A DNA stretch of 62,940 nt, counting the filler, from a bacterium (GTDB lineage: Bacteria; JALSQH01), in NCBI GenBank assembly GCA_027004335.1. It is 10 parts of 10 records of this genome, joined end to end, with 100 filler letters (N's around TTAATTAATTAA, not from the genome) between each part and the next. Parts side by side here need not be neighbours in the genome. Positions count along the whole stretch, not along the records: positions 1 to 7,352 come from JALTID010000202.1; positions 7,453 to 14,775 come from JALTID010000203.1; 8 more parts are not named here. One strand, given 5' to 3'. The stretch's first letter is position 1; each line of letters opens with the position of its first letter. Of the stretch, positions 1 through 11,384 are shown in pieces. Position numbers and translations under genes: made by a program. Under the pieces are notes generated by a model. The model worked only from the letters and a program-made list of their open reading frames with translations, was not told where the DNA came from and did not search any database.

Positions 1-39
1 TCATCTACCACTAATATTCTCATATGTTAACACCCTATC

Positions 40-1383
40 TTACAGAATATATTTACTCAGATCCTCACTTTCCACAATATCCTTCAATTTTTCCTTCACA
101 TATTTGCCATCAATCTTTACCTTCTGACCTGCTATTTCAGGTGCACTAAAGGAAATTTCCTCAAGAAGTTTCTCAACAACAGTATAGAGTCTTCTGGCAC
201 CGATATTTTCATTTTTTAAATTCACCTCTTCAGCCAGCTCAGCGATCTCTCGCAGAGCGTCATCTGTGAACTCAAGTCCTACACCTTCTGTTTTCATTAA
301 CTCAATATATTGCTTTGTAATGGCATTCTCTGGCTCCGTGAGAATTCTGTAAAAATCCTCCTTGGTTAATGGTGCTAACTCAACTCTTATTGGAAATCTT
401 CCCTGAAGTTCAGGGATAAGGTCAGAAGGCTTACTAACATGAAATGCCCCTGCAGCGATAAAAAGAATATGGTCCGTTTTCACAATTCCATGTTTAGTGG
501 TAACAGTAGTCCCCTCTATGAGAGGTAAAAGATCTCTCTGGACCCCTTCCCTGGAAACATCAGGACCATTTCCACCTTCCCTCCCAGATATCTTATCAAT
601 TTCATCAATAAAAACTATCCCCATTTCTTCAACTTTTCTAAGAGCCACAGAAGTAACCTTATCCATATCAATCATTTTTGAAGCTTCTTCTTGAGTAAGA
701 TATTCAAGTGCTTCCTTAACTTTCATCTTTCTTTTTTTTCTTTTTTTCGGTAACATAGAATCAAAAAGGTCTTTCATCTGTAACCCAATATCATCCATTC
801 CCGAAGCAGCAAAGATCTCCACCATGGGAACAGCCGAAGTAGTAACTGTTATCTCAACTTCTCTTTCATCAAGGTCTCCTTCACGCAGCATCTTTGTGAA
901 TTTTTCTCTGGTGACATTATACCTGCTTATATTGTCCTCAGCAGCATATTCACTCACCGGGGGGATGAGAAGATCAAGTAAACGATTCTCTGCCGCTTCC
1001 ATTGCCTTTTGAAGAACCTTCCTCTTCTCTTTCTCCCTTTCCTGAGTAACTGCTATTTCAACAAGATCCCTTATAATAGATTCAACATCTCTACCGACAT
1101 AACCCACCTCGGTAAATTTGGATGCCTCAACCTTAATAAAAGGAGCATCAGCCAATCTGGCAAGTCTTCTTGCAATTTCTGTCTTTCCCACACCAGTAGG
1201 TCCTATCATTAAAATATTTTTAGGAACAATTTCATCCTTTAACTCTTCAGGAACATGTTTTCTCCTCCACCTGTTTCTCAAAGCAATAGCAACAGCTTTT
1301 TTTGCGTCGTTCTGACCAATTATATATTTATTAAGGGCCTCAACAATCTGCCTGGGAGTTAGAATCTCTTCCCTGTTTATCAT
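40..1383 (-). CDS. hslU: ATP-dependent protease ATPase subunit HslU
   Basis: Motifs [27 protein letters not shown] and ENIGARRL. Start moved to ATG 1383, which follows SD GAGGAGG. Confidence 0.97.
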   Translation of the reverse strand: MINREEILTPRQIVEALNKYIIGQNDAKKAVAIALRNRWRRKHVPEELKDEIVPKNILMIGPTGVGKTEIARRLARLADAPFIKVEASKFTEVGYVGRDVESIIRDLVEIAVTQEREKEKRKVLQKAMEAAENRLLDLLIPPVSEYAAEDNISRYNVTREKFTKMLREGDLDEREVEITVTTSAVPMVEIFAASGMDDIGLQMKDLFDSMLPKKRKKRKMKVKEALEYLTQEEASKMIDMDKVTSVALRKVEEMGIVFIDEIDKISGREGGNGPDVSREGVQRDLLPLIEGTTVTTKHGIVKTDHILFIAAGAFHVSKPSDLIPELQGRFPIRVELAPLTKEDFYRILTEPENAITKQYIELMKTEGVGLEFTDDALREIAELAEEVNLKNENIGARRLYTVVEKLLEEISFSAPEIAGQKVKIDGKYVKEKLKDIVESEDLSKYIL

Positions 1384-1394
1384 TTCATTCCTCC

Positions 1395-1931
1395 TCATAA
1401 TTCTTCCAGCACAAATCTGTCATTCGTGTAAATACATATATCAGATGCTATTTTTATTGATTCAAGAGCAATCTCCTTAGCAGATAGATCAGTATGGGCA
1501 AGAAGTGCCCTCGCTGCAGCAAGGGCATAATTACCACCTGAGCCAATAGCTAAAACAGGTTCATCAGGTTCAAGAACATCACCTGTCCCCGATATTAAAA
1601 GAAGATGTTCCTTATCAGCCACAATCAGAAGTGCCTCAAGATACCTCAGCATCTTGCTGGTTCTCCACTCTTTTGCCAGTTCTACTGCAGCTTTCAGAAG
1701 ATTTCCATTAAATTCTTTTAACTTCCCTTCAAATTTCTCAAAAAGTGCAAAGGCATCAGCCGTAGATCCTGCAAAACCTGCAAGAACTCTCTCCTCGTAC
1801 AATCTTCTCACCTTCTTTGCAGATGATTTTATCACACTGTTTCCCATGGTTACCTGACCATCTGCAGCAATAACAGTTTTTTCATCTTTCCTCACAGCAA
1901 TCACAGTTGTTCCATAAAATTTCTCCATCAT
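1395..1931 (-). CDS. hslV: ATP-dependent protease peptidase subunit HslV
   Basis: N-terminal GTT Thr nucleophile, [16 protein letters not shown] and IGSGG; adjacent to hslU. Confidence 0.97.
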   Translation of the reverse strand: MMEKFYGTTVIAVRKDEKTVIAADGQVTMGNSVIKSSAKKVRRLYEERVLAGFAGSTADAFALFEKFEGKLKEFNGNLLKAAVELAKEWRTSKMLRYLEALLIVADKEHLLLISGTGDVLEPDEPVLAIGSGGNYALAAARALLAHTDLSAKEIALESIKIASDICIYTNDRFVLEEL

Positions 1932-2833
1932 TTCCTCCTGGCCATGGGATGAGCTCTCCGGTATACTTCAATCAATTTCTCCACCTCAAGATGGGTATAA
2001 ATCTGAGTTGTGGAAAGACTTGCATGTCCCAAAAGCTCCTGTATTGTTCTTAAATCTGCCCCTGCATTCAGCAGATGAGTAGCGAATGTGTGCCTTAAAG
2101 TATGCGGAGAAATCTTTCTCATAATGCTTGTTTGAATTATGTACTTATCCACAATTCTTTCTACACTTCTTGCAGTTAATCTTTTCCCTCTGTTATTTAC
2201 AAAAACTGAAGAATGCTTTTCACCGTTCTCCATCAATATTTCTTCCCTGACGGGTAAATATTCCTTCAACGCTTTAATAGCAGGCTTCCCCACCGGGATA
2301 ATTCTTTCCTTCCTTCTTTTCCCCCTTACCAGTATCATTTTTGATGCCCAGTCAATATCATCAAGGTTGAGTCCGACCAGTTCGCTCACCCTTATCCCTG
2401 TGGCATAAAGTACCTCAAGAATAGCTCTGTCTCTTTTACCCAGAAAAGTGGTAATATCTGGTGACTCAACAAGAGAGATAACTTCTTCTATCCCGAGAAA
2501 AGAGGGGATTTTTTTCTCCTGTTTAGGATTGCTTATCAATTTTGCAGGGTTATTTGCCACTACCTCTTCTCTGACAAGATAATCAAAGAAATTCCTGAGA
2601 GCAGCAAGTTTCCTTGCTATTGTCCTCTTACCATTTTTTGTAAACAGTTCTCTAACAAATATCCTCACATCTCTAAAATCAATTTGGGCAGGAGAATTTT
2701 TGCCAATATTCTCAGCAAAATTAATAAGCTCTTCAATATCTCTTGTATATGCTTTCACGGTCAACTGAGAGTAATTTTTTTCAACCACCAGGTAATCTCT
2801 ATATCTTTCTTTCCAGAAGAAGAAATTCTCCAT
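1928..2833 (-). CDS. xerC: Tyrosine recombinase XerC
   Basis: [23 protein letters not shown] and [14 protein letters not shown]; conserved xerC-hslVU order. Confidence 0.9.
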   Translation of the reverse strand: MENFFFWKERYRDYLVVEKNYSQLTVKAYTRDIEELINFAENIGKNSPAQIDFRDVRIFVRELFTKNGKRTIARKLAALRNFFDYLVREEVVANNPAKLISNPKQEKKIPSFLGIEEVISLVESPDITTFLGKRDRAILEVLYATGIRVSELVGLNLDDIDWASKMILVRGKRRKERIIPVGKPAIKALKEYLPVREEILMENGEKHSSVFVNNRGKRLTARSVERIVDKYIIQTSIMRKISPHTLRHTFATHLLNAGADLRTIQELLGHASLSTTQIYTHLEVEKLIEVYRRAHPMARRK

Positions 2834-2918
2834 TACCTGTTAAGTTTAGCATAATTGGAAAAAATCCGCTATACAAAACATCCAATTACATTTTTCACTT
2901 AAGAAATAAGAAGGCTTA

Positions 2919-2946
2919 TTGACAGTCTTTATACTTTTGGTAAAAT
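2919..2946 (+). promoter_or_regulatory. Sigma70-type promoter
   Basis: TTGACA-16 nt-TAAAAT with extended -10 TG, upstream of ORF 2978, which has SD AGGAG. Confidence 0.65.
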
Positions 2947-2977
2947 CTAAAAAAAATCAAATCTCAGGAGTAACGAA

Positions 2978-3547
2978 ATGGAATACCATGAATTAGTGGT
3001 GGAAGGACCATATCTACTTGTAAAGGGATTTGTGGAGGGAAGTGCCAACTGCCTTGATGATCCAGAGATATTCTTCAGCAAGGAAGAGAACATAGAAAGG
3101 GAAACTCTCAATGAGAAATTAAAAGAGTGGCTGGGATTTGCAGAAACCCTCGTTCATATCGTAGTAGATGAGAAGAATCTTGAAAAGCTTACAGAATTTT
3201 TTAAAAAAAGGGGAGAAAAATTTGGTCTGGAAATTAAATCAGAACTTAAGATACTAAGCGCCTCTTTTGAATTTAAAATGGAGGCATTCACTCCGAAGCA
3301 CGGGAAAAAGATGAAAAAACTCTTAGCTGAACTACCACCTACTATAACAATTGCAGGGAAGGAAGAAGAGGAAAAAGTCCACGATGTGGAGGAGAGGGGG
3401 ATATATACTCCGGACCACCCGTACGAACTCAATATAAAAGGTACTATTGTTGGACCATTTAAAGAAGTTGTTGAAACACACAGAAAATGGAAAGAGTTTA
3501 GCCTTATTATTCTTGAAAATATAAAATTAACATTAGAAGAAACCTAA
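2978..3547 (+). CDS. Hypothetical protein
   Basis: 189-aa ORF with SD and promoter, coupled to the next gene; no family recognised. Confidence 0.75.
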   Translation: MEYHELVVEGPYLLVKGFVEGSANCLDDPEIFFSKEENIERETLNEKLKEWLGFAETLVHIVVDEKNLEKLTEFFKKRGEKFGLEIKSELKILSASFEFKMEAFTPKHGKKMKKLLAELPPTITIAGKEEEEKVHDVEERGIYTPDHPYELNIKGTIVGPFKEVVETHRKWKEFSLIILENIKLTLEET

Positions 3548-4281
3548 TGGAGTGTTGCTCACCCTTTTTTAAGGGGATGATCCTCGCAGCGGGGAGAGGT
3601 AAAAGGATGGAGGAACTCACATCGGAAGTTCCCAAACCCCTTCTTACAATAGCAGGGCAACCACTTATTCTGTTCAACATAAAGCTCTTCCTTCACTGGG
3701 GAATAAATTACATTGTTGTAAATACCTGGTATCAACAGGAGAAACTCTGTGAGTATCTCGCGAAACTGAACCTCCCCGTCAGAATCAAAATATCCTATGA
3801 ATCAACACTCATGGGAACAGGAGGGGGAGTAAAAAAAGCATTTAATTATTTAAAGGGGACACCTTTTTTCCTTATAAATTCCGATATAATCACAGACTTT
3901 CCCCTCAAGGTCCTGATAAATGAGCCCCTCCCGCTGGCTACAATGGTGGTAGTTCCCCACCGGGAGGGAAACACACCAGTATGGGTAAAAGATGGTAGGG
4001 TTACCTCAATTGGTGAGAGGGGGGAGGGAAAAAATTTCACATTTGCTGGGATACATCTACTTACCGGGAGGATTTTTAAATATCTTCCAGAGGGAGAATC
4101 TTCAATTATAAAGGATTTCTACATAAAAGCTTTAGGAGAAGGAGAGAATATCAGGGCAGTTATCTGGGATGGATTATGGCTTGACGCCGGGACAAAAGAG
4201 AGATTCATGGATACAAAAGCTGCCATTGAATCAGGTGAAATAAACCTCCCTTCCTACTTGCTTGATATGGGAAGTATCTGA
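3547..4281 (+). CDS. Sugar-phosphate nucleotidyltransferase (MurU-like NTP transferase)
   Basis: GMILAAGRGKRM..LT..VPKPLL, GTGGG, INSD and WLDAGT motifs. Confidence 0.85.
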   Translation: MECCSPFFKGMILAAGRGKRMEELTSEVPKPLLTIAGQPLILFNIKLFLHWGINYIVVNTWYQQEKLCEYLAKLNLPVRIKISYESTLMGTGGGVKKAFNYLKGTPFFLINSDIITDFPLKVLINEPLPLATMVVVPHREGNTPVWVKDGRVTSIGERGEGKNFTFAGIHLLTGRIFKYLPEGESSIIKDFYIKALGEGENIRAVIWDGLWLDAGTKERFMDTKAAIESGEINLPSYLLDMGSI

Positions 4282-4673
4282 TACTCGTAGGTAACATCTG
4301 CAGTTTTTCTTAGCATTGCTGTTATAGCACAATATTTGTAACTGGAGAGCCTTATAGCTTTTTCCACCTTCTTTTGGTCTAAATCACCTCTGAAAATATA
4401 CTTCAAATGTACTTTAGTATATACTCTGGGATGTTCTGATGCTCTTTCAACCTCTATCTCTATAAAAAATTCCTCTACAGGTTCCCTCATTTTCCTCAGA
4501 ATTGAAATAACATCCATTCCTGTGCATCCCCCTAAGCTATGAAGAAAAACTTCCATGGGTGCTGGACCAAGATCATCTCCCCCATGAGCAGGAGCAGCAT
4601 CCATTTTAATTTTAAGTCCCCGTTCATTTATCCCTATGAAAGACATACCTCCCTTCCAAACGACTTTCTCCAA
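4254..4673 (-). CDS. OsmC/YhfA family protein
   Basis: GPAPME..LGGCTGMDV and KYCAI; TTG start after SD GAGGAG. Confidence 0.9.
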   Translation of the reverse strand: MEKVVWKGGMSFIGINERGLKIKMDAAPAHGGDDLGPAPMEVFLHSLGGCTGMDVISILRKMREPVEEFFIEIEVERASEHPRVYTKVHLKYIFRGDLDQKKVEKAIRLSSYKYCAITAMLRKTADVTYEYQILPISSK

Positions 4674-4704
4674 TCATTTCCTCCTCTTAACGGATAATTT
4701 AGAC

Positions 4705-5298
4705 CTATGCCCCTGTCTTTCTCTTAAGATCAATCAATACAAGTTTTGTTACGGCTTTAAGGGTATCAAAAACTCCCGTGCCTTTTATCGCTATAGCTTC
4801 AAAATCAGGTACATTATCCTTGTTTAATTCTTTTTTCATTTCATCTACAGGAGCAGCATTGGGTAAATCCCTTTTATTGTACTGGATCACATATGGAACA
4901 CTTTTTATGGTATAACCCTGCTCTTCAAGATTTCCTATCATATTTTCAAAACTTTCAATGTTTGCATCCATTCTTTCAATTTGAGAATCTGCAACAAAAA
5001 CTATGCCATCTACACCCTTTAAAATTAATTTCCTGCTGGCATCGTAAAAAACCTGTCCCGGAACTGTATAAAGATGAAATCTCACTTTAAATCCCTTTAT
5101 TTCCCCAAGATTAAGAGGTAAAAAGTCAAAAAAGAGAGTCCTTTCTGTCTCCGTGGCCAGAGAGATCATCTTACCCTTAGACTTTGGATTTGTCTTATCG
5201 TAAATGTACTGCAAATTTGTGGTCTTACCACCAAGACCTGGACCATAATAAACTATTTTACAATTTATCTCCCTCGCTGCATAGTTGATAAAAGACAT
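4705..5298 (-). CDS. mglA: Small Ras-like GTPase MglA
   Basis: [46 protein letters not shown] and NKRDL. Confidence 0.96.
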   Translation of the reverse strand: MSFINYAAREINCKIVYYGPGLGGKTTNLQYIYDKTNPKSKGKMISLATETERTLFFDFLPLNLGEIKGFKVRFHLYTVPGQVFYDASRKLILKGVDGIVFVADSQIERMDANIESFENMIGNLEEQGYTIKSVPYVIQYNKRDLPNAAPVDEMKKELNKDNVPDFEAIAIKGTGVFDTLKAVTKLVLIDLKRKTGA

Positions 5299-5308
5299 TT
5301 TTTATTTG

Positions 5309-5803
5309 TTACTCCGAAAATAGATTCTCAATATCCTCATCCGTAATTTCAGAAAATGGAGACTCAAGCTCCTCTGCCTGCATCTCCTTCTGTATCTTCT
5401 CAGTTAATTCATCAAATATTTTTTTGAGCTCCTGAGAAGCCTTCTTAACCCTCAACCTCACAAGACCCAGAGAAGACCTGTGGTCAAAAACAACCACAAG
5501 AATTATTCTCTCCCCTATCAAGGTGATATGGATATTATCCCTCTCTCCTTCATGGAAAAGAACAGAAAATTCTTTTTCCCCTAATAACTTTGCGAGCCCA
5601 CTGGTAGCTGCAATATTTCCTGCTGTTAGAGAAGCTAAAGAAGTTGTATCAATATCTTCAGTATCTCCACAGTGGGCAATAAGTTGCCCATTCTTATCTA
5701 CAAGGAAGACAAATTTTGCATTGGCTTCCCTCGCCAGTCTTAAGATTATCTCATTGATTTTTTTGTACTCTTCTTCATAAAGAATAAATTGAGTATTTTC
5801 CAT
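5309..5803 (-). CDS. mglB: Roadblock/LC7 GTPase-activating protein MglB
   Basis: LVDKNGQLIA, SLASLTAGNIAAT, SSLGLVRLRVKK and C-terminal ITDEDIENLF; lies upstream of mglA. Confidence 0.95.
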   Translation of the reverse strand: MENTQFILYEEEYKKINEIILRLAREANAKFVFLVDKNGQLIAHCGDTEDIDTTSLASLTAGNIAATSGLAKLLGEKEFSVLFHEGERDNIHITLIGERIILVVVFDHRSSLGLVRLRVKKASQELKKIFDELTEKIQKEMQAEELESPFSEITDEDIENLFSE

Positions 5804-5871
5804 TCCTTGCCTCTCTGGTATCAATTACCAGAATAAATTATAACAAATTATATCCCATTTACAAGTCAATA

Positions 5872-7352
5872 TCAAAGAAGGGGGTGTTTTGCCCTCACTT
5901 TTAACCTCTCCCACCTTCTATCAACCTCCCTCTGAACTTCGTCAAGGATGCGCTTATTTTCGGGCCGGAGGAGGTGCTTTGTTTTCCCCATAAGCTTCAA
6001 CCAATCTCCAACAGGGATCTTTTTACCCTTCTTCTCAGGATCATAATTCAAAGTGGTAACTCCATCTTCAACCTCGTAGAGGGGGAAGAAACAACTATTC
6101 ACTGCAGCTTCCACAACGATATTACCCATATTATCAGGAATGCTCCACCCTGGAGGACATGCTATCAGGACTTTCCCATAGACCATCCCTTTTTCTTTTG
6201 CAATCTTCTGAGCCTTGGCGCCCTTGATAATCAGGTCCTTATAAAAAGGTTCTGCACCAGTAAAAACATAAGGAATTCCTGCAGAAGCAAAGATCTGGGG
6301 TGTATCCTTATGATGAAAAGCTTTACCTTTTTCATATGGTCCCACATTTGATGTAGAAGTTCTATGACCCATAGGTGTGCTGTAGGAAAGCTGGTACCCC
6401 GTATTTGCATAGGATTCATTATCATATTCAAGAATTATAATATTATGGTTTCTTGCTGCAGCACCAAGTGCTGGACCTATACCGATATCCATGCCACCGT
6501 CACCAGTAACCATGACAAAAGTGATATCCTCGCTATCTGGAATCTCTCCCCTCCTCTTTCTCTCCTTAAACATCTCAACAAGACCAGTCAGGGTTGCAGC
6601 ACCATTCTGGAACAGATTATGGATATAAGTTATCCTGTGAGAACTATAGGGATATCCTGTGGTAACCACCATTCCACAACCCGTATGGTACAACACAACA
6701 ATATCTCCTTCCATTCCTCTTAAGAAAGTCTCAACCGCCGAGAAAATTCCACAACCGGGACAGGCACCGTGACCGGGAACAACCTTTCTGGGTAACTTAA
6801 TAGCATTGGTGGCGCTGGCACCCTTCACTACTATTCTGCCATCTTTTTCCTCTATTTTGTAGATACCTTTCCTGTTTTCCCCCGGAGAAATAGGAGGAAT
6901 AACTCTTTCAGGAACATAATCGGGATCCCCAGGTGTTGCTCCATAGTATTCATACCTCTTTTCTACTTCACCTGATTCTAATATATTTAATCCCTCTTCA
7001 AAAAGTGTTATTGCATCCTCAAGGAAAAATTCCTTACCCCCCAATCCATATATTCTGGAAATAACTTCAGGATGCACATTGGAATCATAAAGTAGTGATC
7101 TTACTTCATGATAAAGGGTAGAACCCCATGAGCCATATATATCGTTTTTCTCAGCAACTACTATAACTTTTGCATTTTTAATAGCTTCAAAAACCTCTTT
7201 TTGTGGGAAAGGCCTTAGAACATTGGGCATGACTGCTCCAACTTTTATCCCTTTTTCCCTAAGCACATCAACTGCCATGGTAGTTGTATCAAAGGCAGAA
7301 TTGATTATGAAGATTATCACATCTGCATCGTCTGTTTGATAGGCATTTACAA
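5872..7352 (-). CDS. 2-oxoacid:ferredoxin oxidoreductase, fused alpha C-terminal and beta domains (5' truncated by gap)
   Basis: Alpha-type LRPFP and YGLGG motifs, then beta-type GHGACPGCG, TGC and GDGG..DNESYANTG TPP motif, all in one frame. Confidence 0.88.
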
Positions 7353-7452
7353 NNNNNNNNNNNNNNNNNNNNNNNNNNNNNNNNNNNNNNNNNNNNTTAA
7401 TTAATTAANNNNNNNNNNNNNNNNNNNNNNNNNNNNNNNNNNNNNNNNNNNN
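7353..7452. other. Artificial contig spacer
   Basis: 44 N + TTAATTAATTAA + 44 N. The same spacer occurs at 14776-14875, 22049-22148, 24509-24608, 31746-31845, 38980-39079, 46201-46300, 53397-53496 and 60533-60632. Confidence 0.99.
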
Positions 7453-7950
7453 ATTTTTCAGTGATGGAATAAAAGCAGGAGTTTTTTCTGCCCATTTTAT
7501 AAAAGCTTCTCCAAATTTTTTTCTTAAAAATTCTTCTTCAGCAAACATTATTCTCTCGTAGTAAATCCAGTAAAGGAGGATCCCGATCACAGCAAACCAC
7601 CAGACCCTGAAAAAAACAAAAACACCGATCCAGATGACAAAATTGGCGAGATAGAGAGGATGTCTCACTGTTGAGTAGATCCCGGTAGTATTTAATTTCT
7701 CCGCCACCTGTTTTTTAGTTACCCTTCCTGAAGTCCCCTTTGGTATATATCCCACAGTCAAAATCCTTAGAAATTCTCCTGTTAGGGATAGAATAAATGC
7801 TCCGATCTCCCAGTAGAAATCAAGATTATGATCAAATCCAATATATTCATCAAAGGCTGGTATTAGAAAAATTAAAATAAAAAGTGGTAGATAGCTCCTG
7901 TGCCTGAATAACCAGTTACCCGTTTTTTCCCATTCTTCTTTCAGTGGCAT
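7453..7950 (-). CDS. ICMT/PEMT-family membrane methyltransferase, LmtA-like (3' truncated)
   Basis: GTSGR..QVAEKLNTTGIYSTVRHPLY and EEEFLRKKFG..F..W..TPAFIP. Confidence 0.8.
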
Positions 7951-8144
7951 AGAAAAATCCTTTACAATTTTTGAGAGTAATTATAGCAGAGTTGAGACAA
8001 GAAAACCATCTATCCGTTTAGTCACCTCTCATCAAACCTGTGGTAATGAAAAGCTTTTTTTATCCGCTCATCATCTTAACAGTATGTTGGGGTTGAGTCT
8101 TCCTTTTTTTACCCAATTTCACATTTTTCTGATATAATAACTCC

Positions 8145-8765
8145 ATGGTTTCTGAAATTTTGAATTACATCCCCTACGGTAAAGAAGGAGGATGGGTTAT
8201 GCCCTTTATCTATCTCTTTGCCGTTGGTGCCACAGCTGTATTTTTAGAGAGGTTATGGTTTCTCAGAAGAAAGAATATCATGCCGGGGGATCTTACTGAT
8301 AGAGTTTCTCCCCTTGTTGAAGGAGAAAAATGGAGTGAATTGTTAGAAATATTCAAACCAGCCAGAACTTCTCTGGAAAGGGTTTCAGGGATCATTATTG
8401 AGAATCGTTTGAAACCTATTGATGTACTCAAAGAGGTTGTGGAAACTGCTGGAAAAAAGGAGAAGGATATCCTCCGGAGGGGAATCGGTTTTATCTCGCT
8501 AACGGTGAGTATCTCCCCGCTCCTTGGATTATTGGGTACTGTTTCGGGGATGATAAAGGTTTTTTCTGCTATAAGCCACCAAAATATTGGTAACCCTGAA
8601 AAGTTAGCTGCTGGTATCTCTGAAGCACTGCTTACCACCTTTGCAGGTTTGACTGTGGCTATTCTTGCCCTTCTCATGTGGAGTTATTTAAATAGCAGGG
8701 TTAACAGATACTTAAGAGAGCTTGAAGAATATTCAGTGGAGTTAATCCAGAGGATTCAGGAATGA
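8145..8765 (+). CDS. exbB: MotA/TolQ/ExbB proton channel protein
   Basis: SPLLGLLGTVSGMI and GISEALLTTFAGL motifs. Confidence 0.88.
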   Translation: MVSEILNYIPYGKEGGWVMPFIYLFAVGATAVFLERLWFLRRKNIMPGDLTDRVSPLVEGEKWSELLEIFKPARTSLERVSGIIIENRLKPIDVLKEVVETAGKKEKDILRRGIGFISLTVSISPLLGLLGTVSGMIKVFSAISHQNIGNPEKLAAGISEALLTTFAGLTVAILALLMWSYLNSRVNRYLRELEEYSVELIQRIQE

Positions 8766-9199
8766 ATTTTCGTGAGGAAAATTCGGGGACTTCTGCACCA
8801 CGAATAGAGCTTACATCACTTGTGGATGTAGTTTTTCTTCTGGTTCTTTTTTTCGCTGTTTCCACCACTTTTCCCCAGACGCCTGCTGGTGTCAACATTA
8901 ACCTTCCAAAGATGAAAAATGTAAAGCAGGTAGTAACAGAGAAGCCATTGAAAATTTTCGTAGATAAAAAGGGGGATATTTACGATTTTAATGGGCCGGT
9001 CACTTTTTTACAATTAAGGGAGGTTATAAAAAAAAGAAAAAATAAAACCGTCATTGTTGATGCGGATAAAGATGCAACTCATGGAATGGTTATGAGAGTG
9101 CTTGATTTTCTAAAATCCAGTGGCGTGGAAAGGATCTTAATTGCAGCAGAGAAAAATGAAGGAAAAGAGAATACTGGAACTCCTCAAAAAAAGAGGTAG
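8762..9199 (+). CDS. exbD: ExbD/TolR family protein
   Basis: LTSLVDVVFLLVLFF with the conserved Asp, and the ADKDATHG motif. Confidence 0.88.
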   Translation: MNFREENSGTSAPRIELTSLVDVVFLLVLFFAVSTTFPQTPAGVNINLPKMKNVKQVVTEKPLKIFVDKKGDIYDFNGPVTFLQLREVIKKRKNKTVIVDADKDATHGMVMRVLDFLKSSGVERILIAAEKNEGKENTGTPQKKR

Positions 9200-11384
9200 G
9201 CCTCTATCTTTCAGGGAGATCGGAAAAGAACTTGGGACTTCTGGAGAAGGAAAAGAGGATATAAGGAAGACTCTTGGAGAACTGGAGCGGAAGGGGATAC
9301 TTTTTCGTACTGAAAATCAGAAATATTTCGTAGCAAGCTGGATTGGATTTGTAACTGGAAAATTTATCTTGCATCCAGATGGTTATGGGTTTGTTGAACC
9401 AGATGTGAAGGAATGGGGTGAGAAGGATATTTTTATCCCCAGACCATATATTTCTGATGCCCTGCCCGGAGATCGGGTTATAGTCGCTGTTACCACTATT
9501 AGAAAAGATAGAGCTGAAGGGAAGATATTCAGGATCCTTGAGAGAGGATTAAAAAAGATTGTTGGACTTCTTGTTTTGGAAAGGAGGCTTTACTGGGTAA
9601 TTCCTCAGGACAGGAGATTACCTTTTCAGGTACTCATCAGGTCGCGTAAGAGAGAAAAAATGCCCGTGGATCACATGGTGGTTTGTGAGATCGCCAGATA
9701 TCCAGAAGGTGGGTTACCTCCAGAAGGAATAATAGTAAGGGATCTTGGTTCCCCCGATGATCCCGCCGTTCATCCTCTGATTATTGAAGAGAAGTATGAG
9801 CTCTCTCCATCTTTTCCTCCCGAGGTGATAGAGGAAGCAGAAAATGTGAGGGAGAAGATTCCATACTACCAGAAGAAAAAAAGGGTGGATCTCAGGAAGA
9901 AGTGGTTTATAACTATTGATGGGGAAAGTGCCAAAGATTTTGATGACGCAGTATATCTGGAAGAGTTAGGTGATGGAAATTACAGGCTCTTTGTTGCGAT
10001 AGCCGATGTTTCCTACTATGTAAAAGAGGGGTCATTGCTTGATAAGGAAGCTTTTAATAGAGCTACCTCCGTCTATTTCCCTGACAGGGTTTACCCCATG
10101 TTTCCCCTTAGACTTTCTACCGGGATTTGCAGCCTGAACCCCGATGAGGATCGTCCTGTTATGGTTGTTGAGATGATTCTGGACCCAAGAGGGGTGGTGA
10201 AGAATTATAAAATCTACGAGGGCATAATAAGGTCACATCTCAGGATGACCTATGAAAAGCTGGCCATGATTCTTGTGGATGAAGATAAGAATTTGATGGA
10301 AGAGTATAGAGATTTTCTTCCGCTTTTTTACAGAATGAAAGAAATTGCTGAGGTTCTCCGGCAGAGGAGGATGGTGCTTGGAAGTCTTGATTTTGATCTC
10401 CCTGAACCTGAGTTTATTTTTGATAGAGAAGGTAGAATTGAGAAAATTCAAAAAATGGACAGAAACATTGCGCACTCCATAATTGAGGAATTTATGCTTC
10501 TGGCTAATAAAAGTGTAGCAAGGTTTGTTGCTGATTCTAATTATCCAATGCTCTACAGATGCCATGCTCCACCTGATCCTCAGAAACTTGAAACTCTAAG
10601 GGAGTTTTTAAGAATCTGGGGTCTTACAATACCTGATAGGGTCAAACCCAAGCATCTCCAGAAAATACTATTTAGAGTGGAGGGTACCCCCCAGGAGAAT
10701 CTGATAAATACGGTGATCCTCAGATCAATGATGCACGCCGAGTATTCCCCGGAGAATTATGGACATTTCGCTCTGGCATTTAAATTTTATACCCATTTTA
10801 CCAGCCCGATCAGGAGGTACCCGGATCTGGTAGTTCACAGAATTTTAAAGGATATTATTTCTGGTAAGAGTGGAGCTGTTAGAATAAAAAAGTGGAAGAA
10901 AAGGCTTCCGGAAATTGCAAAGCATTCCACAGAGAGGGAAAAGATAGCAGAAAAAGCAGAAAGAGAAATTATAGATTATAAGAAAGTGGAGTTTATGATG
11001 AATAAAGTTGGAGATGAATATGAGGGGATTGTAAGCGGTGTTTCCGGTGTGGGTTTCTGGGTGGAGTTGAAGGATTACTTTGTGGAGGGTTTTGTTCCCC
11101 TCTATTCCCTCACAGATGATTTTTACAGATTTTCTCCTAAAACTTATTCTGTTGTTGGGGTGAGACATGGAAGAATATTTCAAATTGGTGATAATGTAAA
11201 AGTTAAAGTTGTAAATGTGGACCTTTTTACCCGGCAGATCGAGTTAAATGTAGTTGATATTAAACCACCATCAAAGAGGAAAAAGAAAAAAAAGAAGAGG
11301 AAAAATAAGACAAACACAAAGAACAGGGACAAAAATAGTAGAAATGAAAAGCATAAGGGAAACTCTGGAAGAAATAGAGGATAA
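9156..11384 (+). CDS. rnr: Ribonuclease R
   Basis: [35 protein letters not shown], an S1 domain and a Lys-rich tail. Confidence 0.96.
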   Translation: MKEKRILELLKKRGRPLSFREIGKELGTSGEGKEDIRKTLGELERKGILFRTENQKYFVASWIGFVTGKFILHPDGYGFVEPDVKEWGEKDIFIPRPYISDALPGDRVIVAVTTIRKDRAEGKIFRILERGLKKIVGLLVLERRLYWVIPQDRRLPFQVLIRSRKREKMPVDHMVVCEIARYPEGGLPPEGIIVRDLGSPDDPAVHPLIIEEKYELSPSFPPEVIEEAENVREKIPYYQKKKRVDLRKKWFITIDGESAKDFDDAVYLEELGDGNYRLFVAIADVSYYVKEGSLLDKEAFNRATSVYFPDRVYPMFPLRLSTGICSLNPDEDRPVMVVEMILDPRGVVKNYKIYEGIIRSHLRMTYEKLAMILVDEDKNLMEEYRDFLPLFYRMKEIAEVLRQRRMVLGSLDFDLPEPEFIFDREGRIEKIQKMDRNIAHSIIEEFMLLANKSVARFVADSNYPMLYRCHAPPDPQKLETLREFLRIWGLTIPDRVKPKHLQKILFRVEGTPQENLINTVILRSMMHAEYSPENYGHFALAFKFYTHFTSPIRRYPDLVVHRILKDIISGKSGAVRIKKWKKRLPEIAKHSTEREKIAEKAEREIIDYKKVEFMMNKVGDEYEGIVSGVSGVGFWVELKDYFVEGFVPLYSLTDDFYRFSPKTYSVVGVRHGRIFQIGDNVKVKVVNVDLFTRQIELNVVDIKPPSKRKKKKKKRKNKTNTKNRDKNSRNEKHKGNSGRNRG

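Noticed and set aside
1928-2833. Tyrosine recombinase as a sign of a prophage or integrative element
   Set aside because: It sits in the housekeeping xerC-hslV-hslU arrangement with no mobile genes nearby.
7353-7452. Repeated TTAATTAATTAA palindrome flanked by N runs (nine copies)
   Set aside because: Artificial six-frame-stop contig linker, not a biological repeat or CRISPR. ORFs running into X residues are truncated by it.
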